A program made the position numbers and the translations under genes. The notes beneath the pieces were generated by a model, which was not told where the DNA came from, made no database searches, and saw nothing but the letters and a program-made list of their open reading frames with translations. A stretch of DNA of 64,000 nt from Candidatus Latescibacterota bacterium (GTDB lineage: Bacteria > Latescibacterota > UBA2968 > UBA8231): positions 896,001 to 960,000 of the forward strand of contig CBDCSU010000004.1 of the NCBI GenBank assembly GCA_965221775.1, written 5' to 3'. Every line of letters starts with the position of its first letter. Positions within the stretch are counted from its first letter, which is position 1. Shown here in pieces: positions 29,664 to 39,431 of this stretch.

Positions 29664-30502
29664 TGGCGGACGGACTGGTCGTCGTCTGCGGCCCCGACCG
29701 GGCGCCGGCGCTGGAATCGATCGCCGCGAGTCACGGGCTGGCGGGATGGGTCGGAATCGGCCGCCCGGGGCGCCCGGCGATCGAGGCGCCCCGCTTCGGG
29801 TCGATTGCCGAGGGCCTGGAGCGGGCCTCCGCCGTGGCCGTGCTGACGCCCTGCCGCGGCCTGGCCGGCGACCTCGAGATCTGCCGGCGGCGGGGGATCC
29901 CGGTGGTCCTCGCCGGTCCCGCTACGGCCCGGGCCGACGACCAGGAGCACTCGCCGGGGCGCTGGCGGCACACCCCGGCCTGGGCCGGCGTGGAGGCTCG
30001 AAGGGGGAGCCCCGACTTCGGCCGGCCCGTGTACCTCCGCCTGCACACCGGCGGCGGGGCCGCCGGCCTGGCCGGTGCCTGGTGGGCCCTGCTCGAAGCC
30101 CTGGAGTGCGCCCTGGAGTTGCTGGACAGTCCCATCGCCCGCATGTGGGTCGCCGCGGCGGCGCGCGGCGGACGCTGGCACGCCACGGTCACCCTCGCCG
30201 TCGAGGGCGGCGCCTCGGCGCAGCTCGTCGCCGCGCCGGCGCCCGACCCGGGAGAGGACATCATGCTTCTGGGCACCGGCGGCCTGGTCCACGTCGACGG
30301 CAACAGCGCCGCCGCCGTGGTGCGCGGCGCCGGGGGAGAGCGCCGCCTGGCCATCCCCTCGGCCTGGCCCGACGCCCGATGGATCGGCGCCGCTCTCGAA
30401 GGTCAGCGCCACACCCCGATCGACCGGGGGACCCGCGCCGCCCTGCACGCCGCCCTGCGCCGCGCCGCCGGCGGCGGGACCCTGGAGCCGGTCAGGCTCT
30501 GA
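29663..30502 (+). CDS. Hypothetical protein, possibly a degenerate Gfo/Idh/MocA fold
   Basis: ATG overlaps the upstream stop; RRGIPVVLAGP, FGRPVYLRL and MLLGTGGLV resemble eroded Gfo elements. Confidence 0.5.
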   Translation: MADGLVVVCGPDRAPALESIAASHGLAGWVGIGRPGRPAIEAPRFGSIAEGLERASAVAVLTPCRGLAGDLEICRRRGIPVVLAGPATARADDQEHSPGRWRHTPAWAGVEARRGSPDFGRPVYLRLHTGGGAAGLAGAWWALLEALECALELLDSPIARMWVAAAARGGRWHATVTLAVEGGASAQLVAAPAPDPGEDIMLLGTGGLVHVDGNSAAAVVRGAGGERRLAIPSAWPDARWIGAALEGQRHTPIDRGTRAALHAALRRAAGGGTLEPVRL

Positions 30503-33500
30503 CGGTCCGCAGCTGCTCGATCTCGACGCCCACCTGGTCCCGCACTTGGCGCGCCGAGGCCTCCTTGACGTGCTCGAAGCCGCGGATGCGGTCGGGCGCC
30601 TCGGCGACGCTCAGGACCTTCTCCAGGGGCGCGCCGCTCCGCAGGGATTCCAGTAGTTCCTCCAGCACCGCCTCGTACCAGGGGATCAGCTCGCGCTCGA
30701 GGCGGCGGCAGGATGTCCGCCGGAAGGGGTCGAGAGCCGTCCCCCGGAGCCCGCGGAAGCGGTAGAGCAGGCCCATGAGCGGCCGGATCCACGGGCCGAG
30801 GCGGATCTTGCCGACGCCGAAGGGCCGCAGCGTCGGCGGGTGCAGGTGGCGGGAGACGCGCACCGGGCCGTCGAAGAGATCCTCGATGCGCCCCGAGCTC
30901 TCCCCCTCGGCGATCAGACGGGCGACCTCGTACTCGTCCTTGTAGGTCATGAGCTTGTGCAGGCTCCGGGCCGCGGCCAGGGTCAGCCTCTCCTCCCCCT
31001 CCGCCGCCCCGGCGGCTCTCTCGGCCTCGCGCACCCTTTCCAGGGCCTCGACGTAGCGGCGGGCCCAGGCGCTGTCCTGCCAGTCCACGAGGTGGGCGAG
31101 GCGGTGGCTCACGGTGCGCTCGCCCTCGGCGGACAGCCCGAGGGACTCGAGGGCCCTGTCGTGCTCGGCCAGCCCGGGGGGATCGGGGTTCAGCCGCTCG
31201 CGGCTGCGGGCGACCACGGAGGCGGCGTCGGGGCGCGGGCTGCCCACGGCGGCGCGCACCCGGTCCGGGTCGGCCACCGCCAGCCGGCCCCAGCGGAAGG
31301 CCTGCAGGTTGTCCTCCACCGCCTTGCCGTTGAGGCCGATCACCGCCTCCAGCGATTCCGCGCGCAGGGGCAGCTGCCCCGACTGGTACGCGGCGCCGAG
31401 GAGGATCACGTTGGCGAAGAGGATGTCGCCGAAGAGGCCCTCGGCGAGCCAGCAGGTGTCCAGGTAGACGTTGTCCGACTCACGGGTGCAGGCGTCGATC
31501 GTCTCCGCCAGGCCCTCGGGGTCGGGGAGGCGCCGCTCGGGGTTGCGGTTCAGCTCGGCCGTGGGCAGCCGCGTCGTGCTCACCACCGCCGTCGTGCGGC
31601 CGGGGTCGGCGTAGCGCAGGTTGGACGGCTCGGCGGCCCTCAGCAGGTCGAAGCCGATGTAGACGTCGGCGCTGCCCGGGAGCAGGCGGTGGAAGGCCGG
31701 CTGCCGGGAGCGGCCGAGCTGGATCGGCGCCTCCACGGGACCGCCCTTCTGGGCCAGGCCCGTGTTGTTGGAGAGGTACACCCGCAGCCCGTCGAGCAGC
31801 GCCGCCCAGGCGATGAGATGGGAGACGGTGACCACCCCGGTGCCGCCGCGGCCGACGGTGTGCAGGGTGAGGACCTCCCCCTCCTGCAGCTGCCGCCGTT
31901 TCGGCTCGGGGATCTCGCCGAGGACCGGCGGGCGGCGCCGCCGCAGGCGGGCATCCCCCTTCGCCTGCACCGTCAGGAAGGAGGGGCACTCGCCGTCGAG
32001 GCAGAGCTCGTCCTGCATGCAGCTGGCCTGCTGCACCTGCCGCTTGTCGCCGAGCTCGGTGTCGACGCTGTAGAGGGCGGCGCAGCCCTCGGACTGGCGC
32101 AGGCAGTCGCCGCAGCCCTCGCAGATCTCCTCGTCGATGAAGACGTAGCGGTCGGGCGCGCCTCCCTGCCGGCGGCGGCGGCGCCCCTTCTCGGTGGCGC
32201 ACTCCTTGTCGAGGATCATCACCGTCGTTCCGGGAGCCTCGCGGAAGTGGGCGATCGCCTCGGCCTGGCGGCGGAGGGGGAAGAGGCGCACCCGCGGGTC
32301 GCCGGCGACGGCCCCGTACCCGGCGGTCAGCTCGCCGACGATGCCGACCTCCCGCACGCCGAGGGCGAGCAACTCCCCGGCGACCTCGGCCACGGAGCGG
32401 GCGCCGCCGGGCTGCTGGCCGCCGGTGAGCGCCACGACGCCGTTGAAGAGCAGCAGGAAGGTGATGTTCACGTCCCCCTGCACGCAGCTCTGCACGGCCC
32501 CCCGGCCGGAGTGGAAGTAGCTGCCGTCGCCGAGGTACTGGAAGATGTGGCGGTTGTCGTTGAAGGCCGCCGTGCCCGAGTAGATCGAGCCGCCGGCGCC
32601 CATGGTGGGGATGTAGAGGACGCCCTCGTCGTAGGCCTCCATGGCGCGGATCGAGCTGCAGCCGATGGCGCCGCCCGGCTTCTCCCCTTCGAGGGCGCGG
32701 AAGCTGTTGTACGGGCAGCCCCCGCAGGACATGGGGGCGACCTTGGGGACCACCGGCAGGCGGCGCTCCTCGATGGCCCGCACGTGCTCCAGGGCCGGCG
32801 GCGGCGACGGCTGGCCGAGGAGGGGGGAGAGGAGGCCGGCCAGGTGCTCGGGGTCGACCTCGCCCCAGGACGGCACGAGTGGCTGCCCCGCCCCGTCACG
32901 CTCGCCGAGGACCTCGCGCACACCGGTCCCCCACAAGGCGGCCTTGACACCCTCCTCCACGAAGGGCCCCGGTTCCTCCACCACCAGGACCCGCTCGACG
33001 CCGCTGTCGCGGGCGAAGCGGCGCACGGCTTCCCGGTCCAGGGGCCAGAGGACGGACAACTGCAGGGTGGGGGCCCGCGTGCCGAGCAGCTCCAGGGCCT
33101 GGGCCACGTCGACGAAGCTCTTGCCCGTGGCGACGATGCCGAGAGGGCCGCCCGCCTCCGGCCAGTGGATGCGGTTCAGCTCGTTGAGGCGCACGTAGGC
33201 CTCGGCCAGGGGCGCCTTGCGCTCCACCAGCTCGCGCTGCATGGGCAGCGCCCCCAGAGCCATGACGATGGGGTGGAAGCGCTTGGCGTAACCGGGGTCC
33301 GGCAGGCGCGGATCGAAGCGGGCGGCGCCGGCGCGGACCGTGCTCGCGCCGTCGCAGACCGGGGTGACGAGCTTGAGGGCGGTGACCATGCCGAGCCAGC
33401 GGCTCAGGGCGATGGCGTGGGCGCCGAGGCGCAGGACGTCCTCCACGTCGGCGGGGTAGAAGGTGGGCACCCAGCTCGAGCGCAGGGACCAGTCGCTGGC

Positions 33501-33950
33501 CCCTGGGGAGACGGAACTCTTGGAGCGGTGGTCCTCGCCGCACAGCAGGACCATGGAGCCGCGGCCCGAGGAGCCGGTGAGGTTGGCGAGCCAGGTCTCG
33601 TCCGGGATCCACATGGTGCCGTGGGCCTTGCCGTACCAGAAGGCGTCGACGTCGCCGGAGGGCGCGTACTGGCTGCCGAGCATGGCCGAGGCCGCGGTCT
33701 TCTCGTTGATGCCGAACTGATGGACGGTGCGGCCCAGCTCGTTGAGCCGGTCGAGCTGCTCGACCACGGCCAGGTCGAGGCCGCCGAGGGGCGAGCCCTC
33801 GTAGCCGCTGATCCAGGTCCGGTTGACCGAGCCGCCCGCTTCGCGGTCGTGTCGCTGCTTGTCCAGGAGCAGCCGGACGATCGCCTCGACACCGGTGAGG
33901 AAGACGGGGCCGTCCCGTTTCTGGAACTTGTCGGAGAGCGCCGGAGGCAA
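30492..33950 (-). CDS. Fused indolepyruvate:ferredoxin oxidoreductase-family protein
   Basis: FLTGVEAIVR, SGYEGSPLGGLD, INEKTAA, CGGCPY, GDGSYFHSG (TPP), CEGCGDC ferredoxin, GRGGTGVVT, TGLAQKGG, YKDEYEVARL, IRGFEHVK; start uncertain (TTG 33950). Confidence 0.87.
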   Translation of the reverse strand: MPPALSDKFQKRDGPVFLTGVEAIVRLLLDKQRHDREAGGSVNRTWISGYEGSPLGGLDLAVVEQLDRLNELGRTVHQFGINEKTAASAMLGSQYAPSGDVDAFWYGKAHGTMWIPDETWLANLTGSSGRGSMVLLCGEDHRSKSSVSPGASDWSLRSSWVPTFYPADVEDVLRLGAHAIALSRWLGMVTALKLVTPVCDGASTVRAGAARFDPRLPDPGYAKRFHPIVMALGALPMQRELVERKAPLAEAYVRLNELNRIHWPEAGGPLGIVATGKSFVDVAQALELLGTRAPTLQLSVLWPLDREAVRRFARDSGVERVLVVEEPGPFVEEGVKAALWGTGVREVLGERDGAGQPLVPSWGEVDPEHLAGLLSPLLGQPSPPPALEHVRAIEERRLPVVPKVAPMSCGGCPYNSFRALEGEKPGGAIGCSSIRAMEAYDEGVLYIPTMGAGGSIYSGTAAFNDNRHIFQYLGDGSYFHSGRGAVQSCVQGDVNITFLLLFNGVVALTGGQQPGGARSVAEVAGELLALGVREVGIVGELTAGYGAVAGDPRVRLFPLRRQAEAIAHFREAPGTTVMILDKECATEKGRRRRRQGGAPDRYVFIDEEICEGCGDCLRQSEGCAALYSVDTELGDKRQVQQASCMQDELCLDGECPSFLTVQAKGDARLRRRRPPVLGEIPEPKRRQLQEGEVLTLHTVGRGGTGVVTVSHLIAWAALLDGLRVYLSNNTGLAQKGGPVEAPIQLGRSRQPAFHRLLPGSADVYIGFDLLRAAEPSNLRYADPGRTTAVVSTTRLPTAELNRNPERRLPDPEGLAETIDACTRESDNVYLDTCWLAEGLFGDILFANVILLGAAYQSGQLPLRAESLEAVIGLNGKAVEDNLQAFRWGRLAVADPDRVRAAVGSPRPDAASVVARSRERLNPDPPGLAEHDRALESLGLSAEGERTVSHRLAHLVDWQDSAWARRYVEALERVREAERAAGAAEGEERLTLAAARSLHKLMTYKDEYEVARLIAEGESSGRIEDLFDGPVRVSRHLHPPTLRPFGVGKIRLGPWIRPLMGLLYRFRGLRGTALDPFRRTSCRRLERELIPWYEAVLEELLESLRSGAPLEKVLSVAEAPDRIRGFEHVKEASARQVRDQVGVEIEQLRTVRA

Positions 33951-34193
33951 TTGTCGAATCCGGGCTATGTTGCGGTTTTTACAAGGGTTGAGTGGCCCGG
34001 AACATAGGCCCGGCCGGGCTCCGCGGCAACCCGGTTCCGCCCGGCCGCGAGGCCGGCGCGGCGGCCCTGCCGGCGCCCGTTCCCCGGGCCGGGAAAACGC
34101 CGCCCGGCGGTTGCCCGGCCGTCGGCGGCGCCCGTACATTGGCCCGTTCCCTTCGCGTCAGCCCCCGCCCTCCCCGCCCAGGAACCTCCCCCC

Positions 34194-34490
34194 ATGGCCG
34201 AGACGATCGACGAGTTGACCATCCACTACGAGGAAGACGGCAAGGTCCTGCGCAAGCAGGTCGACAAGGAGGTCCTGAGCAAGGGCTCCTGGACGACGAT
34301 CATGTTCCTCTACCAGGACCTCGACCGCAGGACCGGCGAGTACGGCCAGCAGAAGGTCTCCATCCGGCGCTACCAGAAGCGCGAGGGGACCTACCAGCAG
34401 CGCAGCAAGTTCGAGATCTCGAGCCCGGCCCAGGCCCGCGCCGTGCGCGACCGCATCGAGGGCTGGTTCGGCGACGGGGAGCCGGCGTGA
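34194..34490 (+). CDS. Hypothetical protein, 98 aa
   Basis: Strong coding bias and globular composition (KEVLSKGSWTTIMFLYQD...IRRYQKR...KFEISS); upstream TTGCCC-N18-TACATT; GTGA overlap with the next gene. Confidence 0.75.
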   Translation: MAETIDELTIHYEEDGKVLRKQVDKEVLSKGSWTTIMFLYQDLDRRTGEYGQQKVSIRRYQKREGTYQQRSKFEISSPAQARAVRDRIEGWFGDGEPA

Positions 34491-35545
34491 GCGACACCTA
34501 CCGGGCCGTCCTGGCGGGACTGACCGGCATCGGCGCCGGCCGCGGCCGGGAGAGCTCCGACACCGTGTACCGGCCCATGCCCGGGTCTCACGCCGGCGCC
34601 TACCACGCCCACCCGCAGACCGATCTGGTGGCCGTCTGCGACCTCCGGCAGGAGGCGATCGACGGGTTCCTGTCCGACTGGGGCGACGTCTGGCCCGAGG
34701 TGCGTACCTACACCGACTTCGCCGACATGATCGCCCGGGAGGAGGCCGATCTCGTCAGCATCGCCACCTCCGACCACGCCCACGCCGACCTGTGCGTGCA
34801 GGCCGCCGAGGCCGGCGCCCGGGCGATCCTGTGCGAGAAGCCGATCGCCACCACCCTCGCCGACGCCGACCGCATGATCGCCGCCTGCGAGGCCCACGGC
34901 GTGCCCCTGTCGGTGGAGCACACGCGGCGGTGGGACCCCCGCCATCTCGCCGCCCGGCGCATCCTGCGCAGCGGCGATCTGGGCCCGGTGCGCACGATCT
35001 CGGCGGAGCTGTTCAGCCGCCGCGCCATGCTCTTCCGCAACGGCACCCACCTGATCGACCTGATCCCCTTCTTCGCCGGGAAGGACGTGCGCTGGCTGGT
35101 GGCCGATCTCGAGGAGGGCTTCGAAGACTACTCCGAGTACTCCGGCGACGGCGGCCGCGACCCGGACCTGGAGCCCTGCGTCTCGGCCTACCTGCGGTGC
35201 GCCGACGACGTGCGCGTCTTCGTCAACATCTACAAGGCGGCGTTCCCGGGATCGCAGGTGACGATCACCTGCGAGGAGGGCCGCATCGAGGTGAGCGACC
35301 GCGGCGGCCGGGTGATCCGCGGCGGCTCCCACTTCGACTGGACGGCCTCCGAGATCCGGGTGGACAGCTTTCGCTACGAACGCCAGCTGGCGGCGGTCCA
35401 CGAGCTGATCGAGAAGCTCGAGAACCCCGAGACCGAGCTGGTCTCCAGCGGCCGCGAGGCCCGCAAGACCCTGGAGATCATCCTGGCCATGCTCGCCAGC
35501 CACACCTCCGGCAACCGCCGCGTCGACCTGCCCCTGGCTTCCTGA
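34487..35545 (+). CDS. Gfo/Idh/MocA family oxidoreductase
   Basis: LVAVCD, DLVSIATSDHAH, ILCEKPIA, NGTHLID. Confidence 0.88.
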   Translation: MSDTYRAVLAGLTGIGAGRGRESSDTVYRPMPGSHAGAYHAHPQTDLVAVCDLRQEAIDGFLSDWGDVWPEVRTYTDFADMIAREEADLVSIATSDHAHADLCVQAAEAGARAILCEKPIATTLADADRMIAACEAHGVPLSVEHTRRWDPRHLAARRILRSGDLGPVRTISAELFSRRAMLFRNGTHLIDLIPFFAGKDVRWLVADLEEGFEDYSEYSGDGGRDPDLEPCVSAYLRCADDVRVFVNIYKAAFPGSQVTITCEEGRIEVSDRGGRVIRGGSHFDWTASEIRVDSFRYERQLAAVHELIEKLENPETELVSSGREARKTLEIILAMLASHTSGNRRVDLPLAS

Positions 35546-35582
35546 GCCGCCCGGCGCCGGTACGGCGCCCTTCCCTTCCAGC

Positions 35583-36728
35583 TTATGTCGTGGAGACGTC
35601 CACGGGCACGCTGTGCCAGCCCGTGCGGCCGTCGTAGAGGTCCCGGCCCTCGTCCTTCTGCGGTTGGACGTCGCCGGCCGAGTCGGTGGCCCGCGCCAGG
35701 ATCTCGTAGCGGCCGCTGGCGGGCAGGCTCCAGGGGTGGGACCAGGTGCACCACACGTTCGGCTCGCTGCGCGAGGTGAGGGTGGCCTCCTCCCAGGTGG
35801 CGCCGCCGTCGGGGCTGACCTCCACGAGCTCGACGGTGCGCTCGCCGGCCATGGCGATGCCGTGGACGACGTACTCCGCGCCCACCGACCCCCTCAGGGT
35901 CTGGTAGACGTAGGTGACGCCGCCGTTGGCCGGGTCCTTCTCGTCGTCCCACAGGGAGACCGGGGCGTCGATCCTCGAGTTCACCGTGGCCACGGCGGCG
36001 TCGGACCACTTGAAGCTCTTGTTCTCCGGGCGCCTCTCCCAGTAGCCGAGGTACTCCTCGTCGATCAGCTCGATGCGGGTGATCCACTTGGGCATCTTCT
36101 GGCCGTAGTGGCCGGGATTGATCAGCCGCACCGGGTAGCCGTGCTTCGACGGCAGGGTCTCGCCGTTCATCTCCCAGGCGAGCAGCACCTCCTCGCGCAG
36201 GGCGCGGTCCAGCGGTATCGAGGTGGTGTACCCGTCGACGCTGGTGAACTTCACGCGGATCGCCTCCTCGCGGACCCCGACCTGGTCGAGGAGGTTGCGG
36301 AAGGGCGTGCCCCCCCACTCGGCGTTGCCCACCAGCGGCCCCCCGATCCAGTTGCCGATGCACTGCATGGTCATCACCTGCCGCTGCAGGGGCATGGCGG
36401 TGACCGCCTCGTAGCGCAGCCCCTGCTCCGGACGCTCCACCAGCCCGTCGACGGCGAGAGACCACTCCCCCGCCTGGAGGCCCGGGTCGTAGTTCTGGCC
36501 CTTGATCGACTGCAGGTAGAACCGGTCGTTGGAGATGATCGGCGCCGCCGGAAGCTCCCCGGGCAGGCCGTCCCCCGGCACCTCCACCGGCATCGGCGCC
36601 GGCGCCGTGGGCGTCTCGAGGAAGGTCACCTTGGAGCGGTCGCACCCGAGGGCGGGCACCACCGCCGAAACCGCCGCCAGCCCGCCGGCGCGCAGGAACC
36701 GCCGTCTCGTCTGCCTTGGATTCATCAT
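35583..36728 (-). CDS. Sulfite-oxidase-family molybdopterin oxidoreductase, Tat-exported lipoprotein
   Basis: TRRRFL Tat motif followed by ALGC lipobox; TMQCIGN (Mo-Cys), DGYTTSIPL, MNGETLPSKHGYPVRLINPGHYGQKMPKWI; C-terminal dimerisation domain (VEVSPDGGATW, ARATD..G..Q). Confidence 0.88.
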   Translation of the reverse strand: MMNPRQTRRRFLRAGGLAAVSAVVPALGCDRSKVTFLETPTAPAPMPVEVPGDGLPGELPAAPIISNDRFYLQSIKGQNYDPGLQAGEWSLAVDGLVERPEQGLRYEAVTAMPLQRQVMTMQCIGNWIGGPLVGNAEWGGTPFRNLLDQVGVREEAIRVKFTSVDGYTTSIPLDRALREEVLLAWEMNGETLPSKHGYPVRLINPGHYGQKMPKWITRIELIDEEYLGYWERRPENKSFKWSDAAVATVNSRIDAPVSLWDDEKDPANGGVTYVYQTLRGSVGAEYVVHGIAMAGERTVELVEVSPDGGATWEEATLTSRSEPNVWCTWSHPWSLPASGRYEILARATDSAGDVQPQKDEGRDLYDGRTGWHSVPVDVSTT

Positions 36729-36748
36729 TCTCGTCTCTCCTTCGATTC

Positions 36749-37588
36749 TCAGCCGACGGACAGGCCGAGCCCCCAGGATGCGCCGGCGCCGATGTTCTCG
36801 CCGGCGACGGTGCGCTCGTGGAGCAGATCGAGCCACACGCCCTCGATCAGGCGCACCGCCACGTTGCCGCCGACCTTGGTGAAGTCCCCTTCGGAGACCT
36901 GGGTGGAGGCCCCGACGACGCCGAGGTCCGTTCCGGGCCCCGAGGTGCGGGTCTCCGTCCCCCCCGCCAGGAGCTTGACGAACAGCCACGGACGGGGCGT
37001 GACCCCGGCCTCGCCGCTCCAGGACAGCTGGTTGGAGAACGGCCCTCGCCGCACCCGGTAGCCGGCCTCCAGCCCGACGTAGGCCGGCAGCGGATACAGG
37101 GAGCGCGCCAGGAGGAGCCGGGCCTCGGCGTCGTAGTCCCCCGTGCCCACGGGCGGGTCTCCGCCCTCGTCGTAGCCGACGGGTGCCTTCACCCCCACCA
37201 TGGGCGATACCACCACGGGATGGTCGAGGACCTGGTACTTCAGCCACACCTCCAGGTCTCCCGTGGCCGTCCGCTCGCGGCGCACCAGGCGGTTCTCGCT
37301 GGTGAGCCGGCCGGCGCCGAACTGGGAGACCACGGTGAGCCGGGGCAGCAGGCCGTACTCCACGTAGAGAAAGGACTGGACGCTGTCGAAGCGCTCCCCG
37401 TCCATGCCCATCCCCGCCCGCCGGCCCATGTCGTTGTAGACCTCCTCGGCACCGTAGAGGATCCCGGAAGCCTTGGCATAGTAGCCCCCGGCCGGCTGGG
37501 CCCAGGCGCCGGCGGCGGCCGGTGCCGGCGGCGCGGCGGCCCAGGCGATCCACGTCCCCATGGCGGCAACGGCCAGTGTCGATCTCAT
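36749..37588 (-). CDS. Secreted protein, probable outer-membrane beta-barrel
   Basis: Signal peptide ending AAA-GAWAQPAG, YVEYGL, alternating amphipathic strands, C-terminal WGLGLSVG. Confidence 0.65.
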   Translation of the reverse strand: MRSTLAVAAMGTWIAWAAAPPAPAAAGAWAQPAGGYYAKASGILYGAEEVYNDMGRRAGMGMDGERFDSVQSFLYVEYGLLPRLTVVSQFGAGRLTSENRLVRRERTATGDLEVWLKYQVLDHPVVVSPMVGVKAPVGYDEGGDPPVGTGDYDAEARLLLARSLYPLPAYVGLEAGYRVRRGPFSNQLSWSGEAGVTPRPWLFVKLLAGGTETRTSGPGTDLGVVGASTQVSEGDFTKVGGNVAVRLIEGVWLDLLHERTVAGENIGAGASWGLGLSVG

Positions 37589-38745
37589 CAGCCCCCTCCT
37601 CTCCCTCCGGCGACGGAGTCGTACAACGACAGCAGCTTGCCGGACTCCCTCTCCCAGTTGCACTCCGACTCAATCATTTCACGCCCGGCGCGGCCCATGC
37701 GTTCCGCCTCCCGCGGGTCGTCGAGCAGCCGCGCGATCGCCCTTGCGTGGTCCCCGGGATCGCCGGGGTCGGCGAGGACCCCCCACTCGCCTCGATCCCG
37801 CAGGCTCTCGATCGACGGCAGGGCGCTGGCCACCACGGGCAGACCGCAGGCAAGATACTCGAAGAGCTTGGTCGGCGAGAAGGGGGTCAGGGTCGCCGCC
37901 GACCGCTGGCCGGGGATCAGCCCGACGCGGTGGCCGCCGATGAAGGCGCCGAGCTCGTCGTACGGCAGCCGCTCGGTGCGGCAGTCCACGTGGTCCGTCA
38001 GGTCATACTCCCGCAGCAGGGTCCGGAACTCGGCCTCGGTGGCGCGGGTCTGGAAGGGGCCGAGGGCGCTCAGCCTCACCCGCGGGTGGCTGCGCCGCAC
38101 CCGGCGCATGATCTCCAGAAGAAACTGCGCTCCCCGTTCGCGGGACAGGGACCCCACGTGCACGAGGTCGGCTCTCGGCGCCGGTGCCCCCGGCGCCCGC
38201 GGGCGGAACCACTCCAGACGCGGGTAGTTGCCGGCGGCGACGAAGGGGCGCCTCCCGAACCGGGCGCCCTGCTCCTCGACGACGCCGACGACGCCGTCCA
38301 GGCGGCGCGCCAGCAGCCGCTCGACGGCGTCGACGGCGAGGGACAGGGACCCGCGCACCCGGCGGGGAACCCAGGTCCGCGTGAAGGCCGCCGCCGGGAA
38401 GTCCTCATGGACGTCGTAGATCACGCGCCGGCCGAGGGCCTTCAGCAGGCATCCCAGGGGCAGCAACTCGGGGTCGTGGAGATGGTGGATGTCGGCGCCG
38501 AGGCGCAGCGCCGCGGCCAGCAGGCGAGCCTGCAGCGCCGACCTGCGCCGGGGGGTGGCCGGGACCGGCAGGGGCAGGACCCGCACGCCCCGGTGCTCCC
38601 CGGCCCAGGCGGCGGGTCCGGGCCCGACGACGGTCACCTGGTACCCCGCCTCGGCGAGGCTCACAGCCTCCTTGTAGAAGATGCGCTGGTCGAAGGGATG
38701 GTGGACGCTGGTGAGCACGCAGACCCGCCGTCGGGAGGAGGTCAC
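37588..38745 (-). CDS. Glycosyltransferase family 4 (GT-B)
   Basis: TSVHHPFDQRIFYKEA.SL, HLHDPELL, IYDVHED, PTKLFEYLACGLPVVAS. Confidence 0.9.
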   Translation of the reverse strand: MTSSRRRVCVLTSVHHPFDQRIFYKEAVSLAEAGYQVTVVGPGPAAWAGEHRGVRVLPLPVPATPRRRSALQARLLAAALRLGADIHHLHDPELLPLGCLLKALGRRVIYDVHEDFPAAAFTRTWVPRRVRGSLSLAVDAVERLLARRLDGVVGVVEEQGARFGRRPFVAAGNYPRLEWFRPRAPGAPAPRADLVHVGSLSRERGAQFLLEIMRRVRRSHPRVRLSALGPFQTRATEAEFRTLLREYDLTDHVDCRTERLPYDELGAFIGGHRVGLIPGQRSAATLTPFSPTKLFEYLACGLPVVASALPSIESLRDRGEWGVLADPGDPGDHARAIARLLDDPREAERMGRAGREMIESECNWERESGKLLSLYDSVAGGRGGG

Positions 38746-39431
38746 GGTCGCAGGATCTCCCGGGACCGTGGTCCGCAGTTGAAGAGCAGGTCCAGTCCGC
38801 ACATGCCGGGCTCGAAGCCCGGGAAGCACTGCGGGTACCGCGGATGCTCGAAGCAGGCGTGGCGCACCTCCACCCCCGCCTCCCGCATCACCGCCTCGTC
38901 CAGGTACGAGCGCGAGCCCCCGTCCCCCGCCAGGTAGACGTCGCAGGCGCAGGCCGCCGCCATGTCGGCGATCCGCCGGGTCCCTTCCGCCCGCGAGCCC
39001 AGCTGCGAGGAGAGCCGCACCTCGGTGCCGATGTCGAGCCGGTCCATCAGCCATCGGAACAGATCCAGGTTCCAGTCCAGCAGGCGCCGGTGGGAGCGCC
39101 CGTAGATCTCCTCCAGGGCCCCCTCGTGCTCCTCGAAGTGGGGGGCGCGGCCGTAGTTCCAGCGCAGGCTCTCCATGTGCTTGCGCGGCCATCTGCTCCC
39201 TTCTTCCACGACGACGTCACGGACCCTCTGGCCGGCCCGGCCGCGCGTCAGGACCGGTACCGTCAGCCACTGCCACCCGTCCGCGGTGCGGATGCGGTTG
39301 CGGTTGGTGTACCCGTGCGTGGAGTACTGCACGTCGTCGGCGAGGACGAAGACGTCGGCCCGGGCGGCCCGGTCCAGCACCCCGAGCCACGGCAGGTAGT
39401 TGGGCTGGTGGGCGGCCAGGACCCGGGCCAT
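38742..39431 (-). CDS. WbqC family protein (putative N-glycyltransferase for amino sugars)
   Basis: HQPNYLPWLG, DDVQY, NRNRIRT..G.QWLTVPV, YPQ..PGFEP.M..LDLLFNCG. Confidence 0.88.
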   Translation of the reverse strand: MARVLAAHQPNYLPWLGVLDRAARADVFVLADDVQYSTHGYTNRNRIRTADGWQWLTVPVLTRGRAGQRVRDVVVEEGSRWPRKHMESLRWNYGRAPHFEEHEGALEEIYGRSHRRLLDWNLDLFRWLMDRLDIGTEVRLSSQLGSRAEGTRRIADMAAACACDVYLAGDGGSRSYLDEAVMREAGVEVRHACFEHPRYPQCFPGFEPGMCGLDLLFNCGPRSREILRP

